Position numbers and translations under genes: made by a program. Positions 35,464-48,030 of a stretch of 64,000 nucleotides of DNA are shown here, piece by piece. Positions within the stretch are counted from its first letter, which is position 1, and every line of letters starts with the position of its first letter. Below the pieces are notes generated by a model that was not told the origin of the DNA, searched no databases, and saw nothing but the letters and a program-made list of their open reading frames with translations. The DNA comes from Hydrolagus affinis (taxonomy: Eukaryota): the NCBI GenBank assembly GCA_012026655.1, contig JAAILG010000036.1:1-64000 (forward strand), written 5' to 3'.

Positions 35464-37669
35464 ATGTAAATATATAGTTATCTTTTTAAAAAAAATGTAT
35501 TTGGTCCCTCAATTCTGTAAATCATTTTAAGAAAACCACCTTCAAAATTAAGACTCAATTCAACAGTTTTTTCCCAAATTGTGTATGCTGTGAAATGCTA
35601 CATGGATAGAGATGAGCTTTCAACCATTCTGGCCGCAAGTTCTGTAACTCATTGCAGGAGTCCAGCAATCTGCAGTGATAAACTACTGATCAAAGACATC
35701 TATTAGTTTATTGCACACTCCAAGTTATTTCAGAACCCTAAGAATTAAGTTTACCAGAAACCTGCAATCAATATTTATGTTTTTAGAAGGCTTTTAAAAA
35801 AGAGATTAATTTATATGATATTCATGAATGTTTTGGTGTAACTATTTTAATCAACACAATTCCTGTAAAACGAAATGGTCAGAAGAATGTCAAATTTTAC
35901 AGAGTGGGAAGTGATGGCAGGTCGCTACGATTTAAATCTCAAGTGACTTGAATAAGTATTTTTAGTATTTTTTTCAGTATTTGCTGACGCTAGCACATTA
36001 CATGCAGAATTAAATCATCGAGGTGAGTGCAAGAACTGTAAGCATCTGTTGGCTGCCACTTTGCATGCTCATATTCAAAACTTTACATTGCATAGATGGT
36101 GTGGCTCAGTGGCATGCATTGCATTGGATTAGTATTTTTTCTGCTGGTTGTGACTTACAGTTTGTACAGTATGTGCCAGTCCAGTAGTCATCTAGTACTT
36201 CGTTTCAACAAAACTAAGATGGTGAGAGAGATAGAGAGACAGGTGTGAGCCAAAGATTGACAGGCACATACACAACAAGAGAGAACAAGAGCACAAAAAG
36301 TGTGGTGAAGCAGACAAAAAGCAGTGACCTTTCACTCACACCCCTCAGCGGGGTACCTAACTGGCTTCCTCCATGTATTTATTATTCTCTTGAAGTAAAT
36401 TTGCTTTGAAAAGTTCTTAAATTTTTAGCGGGCCTATTGTTTATAATGTCAAGAGTGCCCATGGATTATACCCCCAAGTTTAGTGTGTAATGCTAAGGAT
36501 ATAATGCATTAATTTCCACACCAAATTATGTGCTACATGCAGAATCTGATTTTCCTCACAACATCACCAAATCCTAGCACAGCTCCCCCCACCCATTAAA
36601 AAGGAGATAAATGGACAATCAAGTGAACTAACATGAACAGTCATGTTAGTCTACTGGACAACAGCCATTTTATTTTAACCAAAAATAACAGAAACAAGAT
36701 TTGGAGTTTTCTGCCTTCAGTAGCAACAGTACCATGAAATTATTTAAACATTTATATTTTTTCAACCTATGAATAAAATCGCCTGGAGGCAAATCTTATT
36801 GGAGTTGAAAGCAGCAGTGAGTCAGATTTTGTGGCATTTTCTAACTGTGCGGGAACTGTAGGCTTTGAACATGTTCTAGAAAATCCCGTTTGGATGTTAA
36901 CTTGACTCTTGTCAAGTACAGACTCTGGATGTCTTACCTATAAATATGCTACAGTTGTGAACCTCATTCGTTGCAATGCAAGAATCTTGAATATTGTCGT
37001 GCCAGATTTACTGAGCGGGTTAATAAGTTCCACATGGCGATAGAGAACAACAAACAGAGTGCTTTGCTGTTGTTATCTTATGCAATTGTCTTGTGATAGA
37101 CACACAGTGGACCCTTATTTCAAAGGTAGTGTTGGCACTTACATTGAGCAAATTAGGACACTTTCAAACCTTTAGGATTTTGGTAGCTTACTGGACTTTA
37201 ACAGTGAATCACTCTACTTGTTGTGGTATACTCTATAGCAGTTTCACATCAATGATTGATAGTATTGGCGGGCAATTTAAGCACAGGGTGCATCATGGTC
37301 AAGTCTGTCCTGTCCTCACCTGACATGCAATTCTTCCCATAGGGGGGTTTGGCTAGCAGTTAGAAACAGGAATCTTGAATTATTTTCCTCTTTACCCCAG
37401 GAGCCTTGAGCCAATTTTAGCCACTCTACTATTGCCAGCATTTGAAATCAATCAACCCCACACTGACAAAAATGTGAAGCTGCAGCTTTCTAACCTGTAT
37501 GGTATTGGATGGTAAAATCCAGTGAATCTCTGGGAACCCACTAATGAATTTAAACCCAGTCACCAGAGCTGAAAAATATTCATTAATCCAGATCCCCATA
37601 GTAGCTTAGTAGTTATATACGATTGCCAACCTGTTCAGTTGACATGAATCAAAATCATTAAATGTTAAA

Positions 37670-38035
37670 GTGGGGAGATTCTAAAGGCAAAGGGAATATT
37701 TAAGAGTATATATTTACACAGAAAGTTGTTTGGACAAGGTATGACCTACTTGGAAGCACAGAATTATAATCAGCTTTTAAGCAGGAATTAGATAAATATC
37801 TGAAAAGGAATAATATATGGGGAAACATTTTAGTGAGTATTACATACATCATCTTTGGTGTTGCAGATGCTGATAGGATTTCCCCATGGTAACCAAATAA
37901 CATTCATTATATGAACCCCAATAATAGGGTATGAGGGAAAGCCAGGAGAATGGGACTAAACAAGTAGCTCTTTCAGAGAGTCAGGACTGGTATGACAGGC
38001 TAAATAAACTCCTTTTGTGTTGTAATACTATATGG
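37670..38035 (+). mobile_element. Degraded CR1 LINE 3' end
   Basis: FTQKVV and AFKQELDKYL remnants; 3' UTR AGCTCTTTCAGAGAG. Confidence 0.65.
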
Positions 38036-39764
38036 TTATAGACTGGACTTGTTTTAATCTCTCCCATTCTTAACCTATGTACTTTAATCTCTTTGCTGAA
38101 CTGACATTGTATGGAGCCTTCTGCAATCTGTTTATGTTGACTTTTAACTGCAGTTTGCCACCAGCAATGTTGTTCGATAAACACTCAACATTCTCAATTT
38201 ATTTTCGGATCTCGGAAATTATCTGCATTTCTGTATGGTACTTCTTTGCTACAATAGTGTCCTAATGGCTTAATGTCCTGATTTCACATCTGCAACATGT
38301 GCCAGTGAAACATGGAACAGTAAATTGGTGAGCAGATTCAGTGCTCAGATCAGGCTAGTTACATCAGTCTGATCCCAAATACATTTATTTTACGTGAGGG
38401 GTGATTTTAATCTTCCGAATAGAAGGGTTTTAAATCCAAATTGACATCAAAGCAAAGTAATTTGCAAAGATTATACATTGTGTTTTGAGCTGGAACAGTT
38501 GCAAATTTGGAACAAATCAGAATTTAAAGCTCTAATGTAAATGCAGCTGTAGCTGACTATTATTTTCCTCTGGAGCAGGGCCAGACTACACTGAGTTTGG
38601 TTTTGAATCACACAGAAACATCCTTATTTCCTCATAATAGCTGTACATGAAAAACATAGTAGTCTTAATTCTGAAACTACAAGTGCTTAACTCGAACCTG
38701 ACTTGTCTTTGATGTTGCTGCCTTAGAACTTTCTTGCGTTTAGTGTCTTTTTTTGCCTCATATCCTTCCCCTTCAGCCCTGCGATTTCCGTTCTTAAACA
38801 ATTTGTTTTTATTATCCAATTCAGCAGTTCTATTCTCCATGCCATACACTAGCCGCTGGTAGAGAGCAAGCAGTCAATTTACTGAAGGCTCTCTCTCCTC
38901 AGCACTGCTCTGTAATTGGCTAATGAAGGGTGCTTCAGAGTGATATGGGGTGGATTTAGCAGCCAATGATTATTTGTTCCTACCTATGCTTGTCCTATAT
39001 TTGACACCTTCCCCTGACAGCCATCAAGGACAGGCAGATGTCATGTGGGGAATCATGTGGGGAATCAGTGCCAACAAAACACTGTGTAAATCACTTTAGG
39101 CCTAAAATTCCACCTGATCTTATCTGAATAAAACCATTTTGTCATAAAATTTATCATGGCATTGGATTGTGACAAACACTTCAGTTCAACTTTAATTTGG
39201 AAGCAGGTATTCATAAATAATAGAACTAAAAATAGGACTAAATTTAAGGACTATCACATTCTGAACAATCTTAAATTTAACACCTTGGTTTGCTTGCTAA
39301 GACTAGGTAAAAGTTAGGGGTTCAGGTCTTTTGAAATTTGTTTCTATTTTATTTCTGTTTTGGAGGAGTGGTCGTTGCAAATGTATTACTCCCCCCAATA
39401 AGAGGATAAAAGTTGCAACTCTGTCAGTTTATCTGATTCTTAATGATCCAAATCAATCATCTAATAGAGATGCTTATTTGTTCATTGCACATGACATCTG
39501 TATCAATGGAATAACATAAAAATTGTTCATGATTTAATAATAATCCTTGCATTTGATATAGTGCCTTATCGTGTTGTGGAGACATCTCAAATTATTTTAC
39601 TATGAAGTGTAGTGACTGGTAATGTGCAGACAAATGCGGTAACCGATTTGCACACAACCGTATTCCACAAACAGCATAAAGTGATTTCAATGAGCGATTT
39701 GCAAATCCTTTTAATTTTGTTGCATTCATATCACCGAAAGACACAATTCTGCCAAATGCGGACA

Positions 39765-39823
39765 ACAACAACAAAATTACATTTATAGAGCGCCTTTCAT
39801 GTCAGGAGGACGTCCCAAGGCGC
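39765..39823 (-). mobile_element. Solo L2 tail with TSD CGGACA
   Basis: CGGACA at 39759-39764 and 39824-39829. Confidence 0.85.
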
Positions 39824-39857
39824 CGGACATTATGATATCTAAGTCAGTTGAGTTTAG

Positions 39858-40345
39858 TACAACAAATTGTATTTACATAGTGCATTTTATACAGAGCCTT
39901 TCATGTCGGGAGGATGCCCAAGGTGTTGGATAGTCAAGGATTTGCTCCCAAGCTGGGTGTAGGAATCAAGCATGATGGGGGGGAGAATGACCAAAGGCAA
40001 GGTCAAGAGGGAGGCTGGAGAAGGGAGAAAGCAAAAGCACTCTGAGGTGGAATTCCAAAGGGTGGGGGGAAAAAGTTTGAAGGCATGACCTCCAATGGTG
40101 GAGCGGGCAGTGAGACTAACATAAGAGTATACCAGTGTCCACGAGGGAGTGGGCAGGAGGCTATGCTTTCAGCAGGTCACTGAGGTAAGGAGGAGCAAGA
40201 CTGTAAAGGACTTCAAAAGTGAGGGTGAAGATCTTAAACTCGATCCTCTGGGTGAGGAGCCAGTAGAGCAAGGCGAGGACAAGGGTGATAGGCTCATACA
40301 GAGAGACAGAGAGAGACACACACAAACACGATCTGCAGAGTTCTG
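39858..40345 (-). mobile_element. L2 LINE 3' fragment
   Basis: EPITLVLALLYWLLTQRIEFKIFTLTFEVLYSLAPPYLSDLL; tail at about 39858. Confidence 0.82.
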
Positions 40346-41094
40346 AACACAAAATCTATACTTATGGCAAAACCTCACCAATGTGGAACCAGAAACAATT
40401 CATTAAGTGATGAAATCTCAGGTTTTCATTCTCTCTTTTTTGCTACCTTGTCTCAGGACCACATAACCTGAATCCAAAATAGTATCACTCCAAATCAGAG
40501 AGTCGAGGATACCCTTGCTATTTTAAACTCATTGTAAAAATTTTAGTCATATGGCATACAATGAAGTGAGGGTGAATGATTTACACAAAAGGAAAAATCA
40601 TCTCACAGTCAATAACTCACTTGTACTGTGGCTGGCACGATTCACTGATTTATTTCCTGTACACCACTGATCTGTGACATGTACCATCTATGTAATGGAT
40701 GGGCAATTAGGCAATGATGAACATGAATGAATGTACAATGGTGTGTATTTGTTGGAGAGGATAAGTAACCAACCCACATGGAGCTTATCACTGCAGCTGA
40801 CAGTGGAAAAGAACAAATGTGCCTCAACATTCCTACACTTTCAAATTTTATATTACTTTTTTTTACCTTTTACAATCGCCATTGATGCACAAGGAGAAAA
40901 AGTGTCTGCCACTCATAGCGATAATACAGCAAACCATGTAAATGCAGGATTGTCAACAGGATAAGCGAGATACTGATCTGCCTGCCACTCTGAGTATTCC
41001 AACCATTTTGGTGTCCCATCAAACAATCACATCACTGCGCTTGATTTCATTGTGAGCAAATGCTGGGGTTTCCTCCATAATTTTCTTACTCTTC

Positions 41095-41195
41095 TTCATC
41101 CTGCCCCGACCCCTCCCCCACTGCTCTTGTCCTTACCTAATTGTACAGCGTCTTGGGACGTCCTCTCAGCATGAAAGGCGCTATATAAATGTAAG

Positions 41196-41233
<38 letters not shown>

Positions 41234-41266
41234 CCGATTGATTGGTTGACCGATTGATTGGTTGAC

Positions 41267-41306
<40 letters not shown>

Positions 41307-41323
41307 CGATCGATTGATTGATT
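41095..41323 (+). repeat. L2 tail followed by an expanded (GATT)n microsatellite with GACC/GGTT variants
   Basis: CAGCGTCTTGGGACGTCCTCTCAGCATGAAAGGCGCTATATAAATGTAAG, then about 125 bp of (GATT)n at 41198-41323. Confidence 0.9.
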
Positions 41324-41524
41324 AAAAGCTCCATTGTGACCGAAGCATGCTTAAGGACTAATTCAATACATTGCAACTATGACGTTACTGGTTTGGATGT
41401 CAGATTGTATCCTTGTGACAGTGCATGAACTCAACACTATTACACAAGACTACTGAGCTGCATTGCTGTAATTTGATCTCTTTTCAAATTTGGAGTTCCA
41501 CATGATTGACATTGTTTCTTGTTG

Positions 41525-42806
41525 ACAATAATAATCCTTGCCTTTGATATAGTAGTTATCAAGTCGTTCAGGCATCTCAAAGCGGTTCACAGAATATACT
41601 GTAAATTTAATTGACTGTGTATTTTGTGGGCAAAATACACACAAATAATGTCCCACAACAGTCGTGGATTGAGAGACCAAATTACAGTGGAAGCCCGTTT
41701 ATCCGGCACCCTTGGGACCTGGCCGGTGACGGTTAAAGCGCCTGCTGGATATTCGGCAGAAAACCCAACACAAAAAAAATTAAAACAATTTTAATTAATT
41801 TTTTAAAACATAGCATATTAATAATAGACTAAATCATTCTTTATATGATAACATATTAATAATAATTATAAGAATTTTACACACAGTGACCAGGCAGTTC
41901 AGAGAGAATTTTAAACTAGGGCAAAAGTTACAACAACAACAACAAAATTTCACATCGGGAGGACGTCCCAAAGCACTGAACAGTCTGGTCAGGACCCGAG
42001 CGGAATGGGGGGAGGATCGAAGTTGGGGGAAGGGGAAGGAGAATGGGAGAGGGAGAAGAGTTACTGGGGCAGCCGAAGGCGCGGTCGAAGCACGTCTGAT
42101 TGACACTGTTCTCATTGGGGGCAGAAGAGAGGAAAGCTCGTGTTATTGAGAAAGCAGAGAGTGAGTGGCGGCCGCTCAGTTCAGTTAACTTTCTTTCCAA
42201 AAAGCCTTGTGATGCCTGTGTGTGTGTGCACTAAGTTGAAACACTGCACTTTGTAAAACAAGCATTGCAGGGATGAGTCTTTTTTATAAAAATAAAAGCC
42301 AATGAATTGATCTGCAAGCTTTGCTCAGGGTGGGTGTGTGTTTTGCTGATTTGTGGCTAAATTAAATCTAAATTAATCAACTCACCCTCTGCCTCTCTCA
42401 AAGAGTACACTCCGGAGAGTGCATTGCTTTACAGTACCGGCAGCATTCTGAGCTAGCGCCACCATCAGGCACCTAGTTGCAGCATTCCAAAATACTGACG
42501 CAACACAAAACACCCAAAAAGTGCATTTTCCTGGATAAATTCCGGTTTATCGAATGCGGACCTTTTTTTTGCGGTGCCGGTTATACCGAAGTTACGGTTG
42601 ATCAGGTCACGGATAAACGGGCTTTCACTGTATTAGGTTTTAAAATTGGATTATTACCCTCAGAAAGAAATCTGCCAATTGACTAACAACTGGGCTCTTA
42701 CTTACCGCTAGGTATACAGAGGAGTGTATAGTAAGGAAACTTGCCTGTGGTTTGGCCCTGCCCAGGAATCAAGACCAGTTATTTTCACTTGCAAGTTGTG
42801 TGCTCT
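41525..42806 (-). mobile_element. SINE family A long form, split by a DNA transposon
   Basis: Tail and 3' half at 41525-41684; 5' half and head resume at 42631-42806. Confidence 0.75.
41685..42630. mobile_element. Tigger/pogo-like non-autonomous DNA transposon (946 bp including an L2 insert at about 41930-42090)
   Basis: TIRs CAGTGGAAGCCCGTTTATCCG / CGGATAAACGGGCTTTCACTG with TA TSDs; both ends match the 8374-8569 MITE. No transposase ORF. Confidence 0.9.
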
Positions 42807-42881
42807 ATTGTTACATTCATTACACTTTACAGTATATTCTGTGAAAGGCTTTAACACGTGTCAATGATGTGATAAGGCACA

Positions 42882-43195
42882 TCTTTGCATTTGATATAGC
42901 GCTTTTCACTACTCCTCAACGTCTCATAGAGCTTCACAGAGTATACTAGGTGAATTGAATTGTTAAGTGTTAACTGAATTGACCGTATATTTTGTGGCTG
43001 AAATGCAGCAACCAATTGCATACAGCAGTGTGCTACAAACAGTCAGGGATTGAGATGACCAATCATTTTGTTTTTAGGGATTATTATCAGGCGTGAGAAG
43101 TAAGGAAACTTGCCCAAGTTTTCACCCTGCTGGGATTTGAACTCAGGTCTTTCACTTGCAATGCGGGTGCTCTAACCACTGAGCTACAGGACTCC
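42882..43195 (-). mobile_element. tRNA-derived SINE (family A) inserted in the tail of an opposite-strand SINE fragment (about 42820-43225)
   Basis: The host tail ...GTGATAAGGCAC resumes after the insert as CACTATATCAAACACAAGGATTATTATT. Confidence 0.82.
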
Positions 43196-44468
43196 ACTAT
43201 ATCAAACACAAGGATTATTATTATTTTATTTGGCACCTTAAATCAGTTCAAGCTACAAATTCATAGAAATATGCACAAAGAGGCTTTCTATATCTCAGTT
43301 TACTACACTTGGCCAGTGTTTTTCAGTGACTAGGATGTTATCTTTTATTAGCAGGATGCCTGCTTCAGTGAGTCAGAAACCTGAAATTTCTTATGGGTTT
43401 AGCTGGAAGATTTACAATTTAGACTTAAAATTTGGTCAAATAGAATTTAGGAAAATTATTAAATGCAGTTTTAATTTGGAAGCTATTTTTCTGCAGTTAT
43501 TTTTAGGAACTACAATATTAATGGCTTCCTAATTAAAACTGAATTTAAGATCTTTCTACAATTCAACAAAATCTGCAGATTTTATGCTTAAGGTAAATGA
43601 CCATGAGAAATTTTGTGCATTGGGAACATATGGTTCTGTGTATCGTGTATTTGTGTATTTTGAGGAATTGGGAACTCTCTTTACAGTGGTTAATTTTAGC
43701 CATTTTAATGCATTTGGTGTGCAGTAGTTATGGTGAGACTAGGGTTGTGGTAGAGTGAATAAACTAAACCAAAGGGAAAGGCGATAAAGAGTAAATGCAC
43801 TGTGGAGTGATATGCTGTGGGACGCTGCTTGCTAATGTTGCTGACTCAACTATAATTCAACTGAACAACGATTTGAAATGCACATATGTGGTGGTGTCAG
43901 TTAGCTTAGTTGCTATGTTCTTTCCCTGGGGTTCATATCTCACTAGGGCTTTGGATTTGTCCCTAACACTAACACCCCAGGGTGCTGGTTGGCTGGAGAC
44001 TGTGCTGTCAGAGTTACTCTTCTTCAGATAATATTTAACTCTATCACCCGTGGCAACTTTCCTCCAAGAAACCTTCCTAGTGCCTTGCTTCCCAAGGCTC
44101 CAGTATAAATGAGATGTGGCATTTCATTGGAATGCCTTGGGAATACCATGCATGAAAGTGGCACCTCTTCCGGTGCTTCAATAAACAAATCAGAGTCTTC
44201 ACATGAAGCTCAGCCTCATACCAAAGAATAGAGAGATAATCTTAGTTGCCCAGTTTTTTTTATATGTTTTTAAGGTAACAGAATATATTTATTTTTAAAG
44301 TAAACAGAGCCCTTCAGGTATTGCTATCAAGTTTTGTTTGCTTGGTCCTGGTATGATAACTTGAGATTTACACACATAACAAAATCCATAGCATCATTAA
44401 CTTAATGTGACGTAAGGTTTTATAATGAAATCCGATTTTTAGTAATTCGCAATAAGAAATCCGATTAA

Positions 44469-44538
44469 CAACAACAACAAAACAACAAAATTACATTTAT
44501 AGAGCGCCTTTCACGTCGGGAGGATGTCCCAAGGTGCT
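44469..44538 (-). mobile_element. Solo L2 tail with TSD GATTAA
   Basis: GATTAA at 44463-44468 and 44539-44544. Confidence 0.85.
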
Positions 44539-44641
44539 GATTAATTCCCATTCCCTAACGAAACTCCATTCCAGAATGAAAACCTGGAGTTCCAATGGAT
44601 CAGCCCAGCACATTTTCAAAAATGTTCCCATTTACCTAACT

Positions 44642-44961
44642 TAATAATAATTATAATAATACTTGCATTCGATATGACGCCTTAACCATGTCTTCTAGAC
44701 ATGACAAAACACTTCACAGAATATATTGTAAAGTGAATTGACTGTATATATGTGGGCGAAATGCAGCAGTCAATTGCACACAGCAGTGTCCCACAAACAG
44801 TCGTGCATTGAAATGACTGATTTTATTATTGTTATTTTTTGAGGGATTATTATCAGATGTGCGGAGTAAAGAAACTTGCCCATGGTTTAGCCCTGCCAGG
44901 AATCGAACCCAGGTCTCTCGCTTGGAAGGTGCATGCTCTAACCACTGAGCTGTAGGCCTCC
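44642..44961 (-). mobile_element. tRNA-derived SINE (family A), full length
   Basis: Reverse complement of family A with intact A and B boxes. Confidence 0.9.
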
Positions 44962-47859
44962 ACTGAAACTTGAATTCTTTATTAAGTAATTATGTTAAGA
45001 AATATTGGAAATTAGGCTCGATATCATCGCACACTATCATCTGACATGACAGTGTCAGGATCTCTTGCCAGATAATCTTGCTTGATTACTTTTTAGTACT
45101 CTACAAATGTAATTTTATTCTTCTTGTTTTTACTTTTCAAATAAAATGAGGGATTAGAAATGTTTCAATTATGAGATAAAGACCATCTAAACTTTTTTTA
45201 AAAAAAAGGTTAGCAAAATCAAATGAGCATTATCACAAATTAGACTATAATTCTGAATGTTATTGGTAAGAAATTTAAAATAAATACCATTAAAACAATG
45301 CAGGGACTGTAATAAAACAAATCAAAATTGCAAGATACACATAGTAATTTGTAAATCCTGAATCCTGAATGTATGATTGACAGTGATCTGGAATCTGCTG
45401 GTGCTTTGATCTCAACTTTGACTTAATCGCATCGGAACAGTTTTTTAAAGAGCGGACTGCGACACATCCAATACATGCTGTTTGTAAATAATTATTTAAT
45501 TAATTTTATAAATTAGAGTATCTCTAAGGTAAATACATTTACATGTAATTACAGGATAATGTACGGATGCAGGCAGTGGGAACTTGCAACATCTGCATAT
45601 CTCTAGTTGACTAGGCAGACATTCACCAGTGCTACTGCTTCCACTTTTGTGATTCCTTAGGAAAATTGGATTGGAGTGGGGAGCTCACATGGCACGAGCA
45701 CAATGAGTGAATTTTTTTTATGTTGAAACTTGTTTAATTCAATGAATGAAAGTATACAACACCAAAAGAGAAATTCATGGTTCATTGCATTAAACAAATA
45801 GATTGCCAGCACTGAACAAATTCAGAACTTGACATTCATTTTAATGTACCTGCCATTATATTGTTAATGAAATAATTTGCAAGTTTTACAAAGTCAAGTA
45901 AAGCTGTGTAGTACATTCTGAAGAGAGATATCAAAGAACTGTTCACTCACTCTAAATGCCTGTGTGGACATAATGGGCAATTACACCTTCAGAGGCTTAA
46001 CACCCTGCTTGTGCTGGCTGATCTCACACTGGAATCTGCCTTATATAGTTGTTACCTTGCAATGCAGAGCTTCAGTGACATTCCTCATTCAGTAATGTTT
46101 TGGAGAAATCTTTTGAGTGAAATTAAATTGATCTGAGTTGCTTTGCCTTTTCTTCAGTCATCATAATAAAGCCACCAATGCTGCTGCATGTTTCTGTCAG
46201 GCAGGGAATTCCTCTGGATGTTTCATTTCATTACTTTCTTTCTTTACTTTATGTTCACTATAACCAGGTTCTTTTAGAACGAAATTCAGAAAACTGAATT
46301 CAAAGTTAAGATTGAATTTGAGAATCTTCCAATTTCTGCATGCTGTGAAATGTGAAGATTTTGCAAAATTGTGTAAATGTTTAAACTGTTCCTTTATTTT
46401 AAAAATTGTTTTCCACAGTACTTAACAAGAGGTAGCTTTCAAGGTAAGACTGAGTATAAGAATGTTCTACTGTTCTGAGCAATCTTAAGATGAAATGATC
46501 ATATAGACTATAAGTGGAGTGGAATTTCAGGCTTCTGACCTATTTTGCTTATCACTGTCTTCTTTATCTCATGGATTTGAGAAGAATAATTATTATAAGG
46601 GAAGATCTTGAAAATGAGTTGAAATCTACTTTATATTAATGCCTCAGTGAACTCTTGGCTGTCAATTCTTTCTAATGGCAAGCTACTTTACTGAACCAGA
46701 TAATTGAGGATAGTTAGATTCTTGGTAATCAATTTTCTCACTATTTTGCAGCTTCCAAAGAATGTTGACTTGCTCCATTACTACTGATTGACTGGCTATT
46801 TGACCTCCTCTCACACATTTGAGTGCTTCCTAATAGCTCTTTCAATTGAACCTGCCATGTTTTTAGTTCAGTTAGAATGTACAGTCAGGATGGTGTGTTT
46901 TCAAAGTTTGAAATTCTTGATAACAACAAGGAATGCAAAAGGCAGCAACAGTATTACTTCACAAGTGAGACATGATTTGTATCCCAACTTAATGAGATAG
47001 GATAAATTTCTTCTCTTTCTGATAGCTATTCCAGATTTTATGTGAAATAATTCAGGGCCATCACAACTCTAATACTCCAGAGAATCGAGTACACAATTTA
47101 ATTGGCACTAATTAGATAACTGTACTCTAAAATAAAATCATAAGAATAGGTGGTGTTAAATGAAAATATACTGTGCAGTAAGTGTGACCTTCTAAACTTA
47201 AAGGCAAGTCATTTGGACAGAGTGGAGGGAACTTTGCATTGCTTCTGACCTCATTGTAATACACAATTCAGGAATGCTTAAAGCTCACACTCGGAAATAT
47301 GTGCTACATATATCATTCATCAAAACAATATTTGACTAAACAGATTAAAAAAATGCAGTATTTATATTGAATCTTGTATGAAATGACCAGTCTTTGCAGT
47401 GGGGAAAACATGTAATATTTTGTTGCAGCTTTGTCTTTCTCTTTGTTTTATACTATCTGTATTGTTGGGATTATAACAATTAACAGCTATGGCTGCACAA
47501 CAGTACAGGGTATTTGTCTACCACTTAATCAGATGTGTGTACCCATAACTCTGTAATGGGAAACTGCTGATCTTAGCCCCACCATTTTGGAGGTTTTCCA
47601 AGTGGCAATGAGGCATTTCTCCATAATGCAACTCACAAGATTGGGCAGGATGAAGAAAATGAATCAGATCGGTGGGTGAATGGGTAGTGGGGGGGTGCTC
47701 AAAACATGTGGAATTGATTATATCAAGTTACATTATGAACTGGATAGTACATATGCAGTAAGTAGTACATTTTAAAGCTACAATAAAAAAAATGAAGGCG
47801 AGGTCATAATCCTTGAACATAAATCTTACAAAGATTAATGTGGTAGGATCAGATAGTAC

Positions 47860-48030
47860 AGATACTTTCAAGAGAAAGCTTGACATAGTATGAGGGAGAG
47901 GGGAATAGAAAGTATGGAAGGAAGGAGAAAGAGGAAAACTTGTGTGCAACAGAAACACCAGCATGAACTGGTTGGGCTGAGTGCCCTGTTTCCATGCTGT
48001 ATCTTCTTTTTCCTTCTTTGTAAGATTCAG
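47860..48030 (+). mobile_element. CR1 LINE 3' end
   Basis: TFKRKLD-like coding; GTTGGGCTGAGTGCCCTGTTTCCATGCTGTA tail. Confidence 0.65.

Noticed and set aside
35500-35512. TTGGTCCC resembling the miR-133 5' end (mir-206/133b is syntenic with TFAP2B in mammals)
   Set aside because: The match stops after about 8-9 nt and there is no precursor hairpin; no mir-206 or mir-133 mature sequence was seen in the window.
16806-39068. Short tandem duplications (TGACCTCCAG x2 near 16806, AAGATTTCA x2 near 34471, TCATGTGGGGAA x2 near 39041)
   Set aside because: Ordinary slippage duplications; no repeat-spacer array, so not CRISPR-like.
41137-41376. ORF with (INQS)n repeats
   Set aside because: Translation of the (GATT)n microsatellite.
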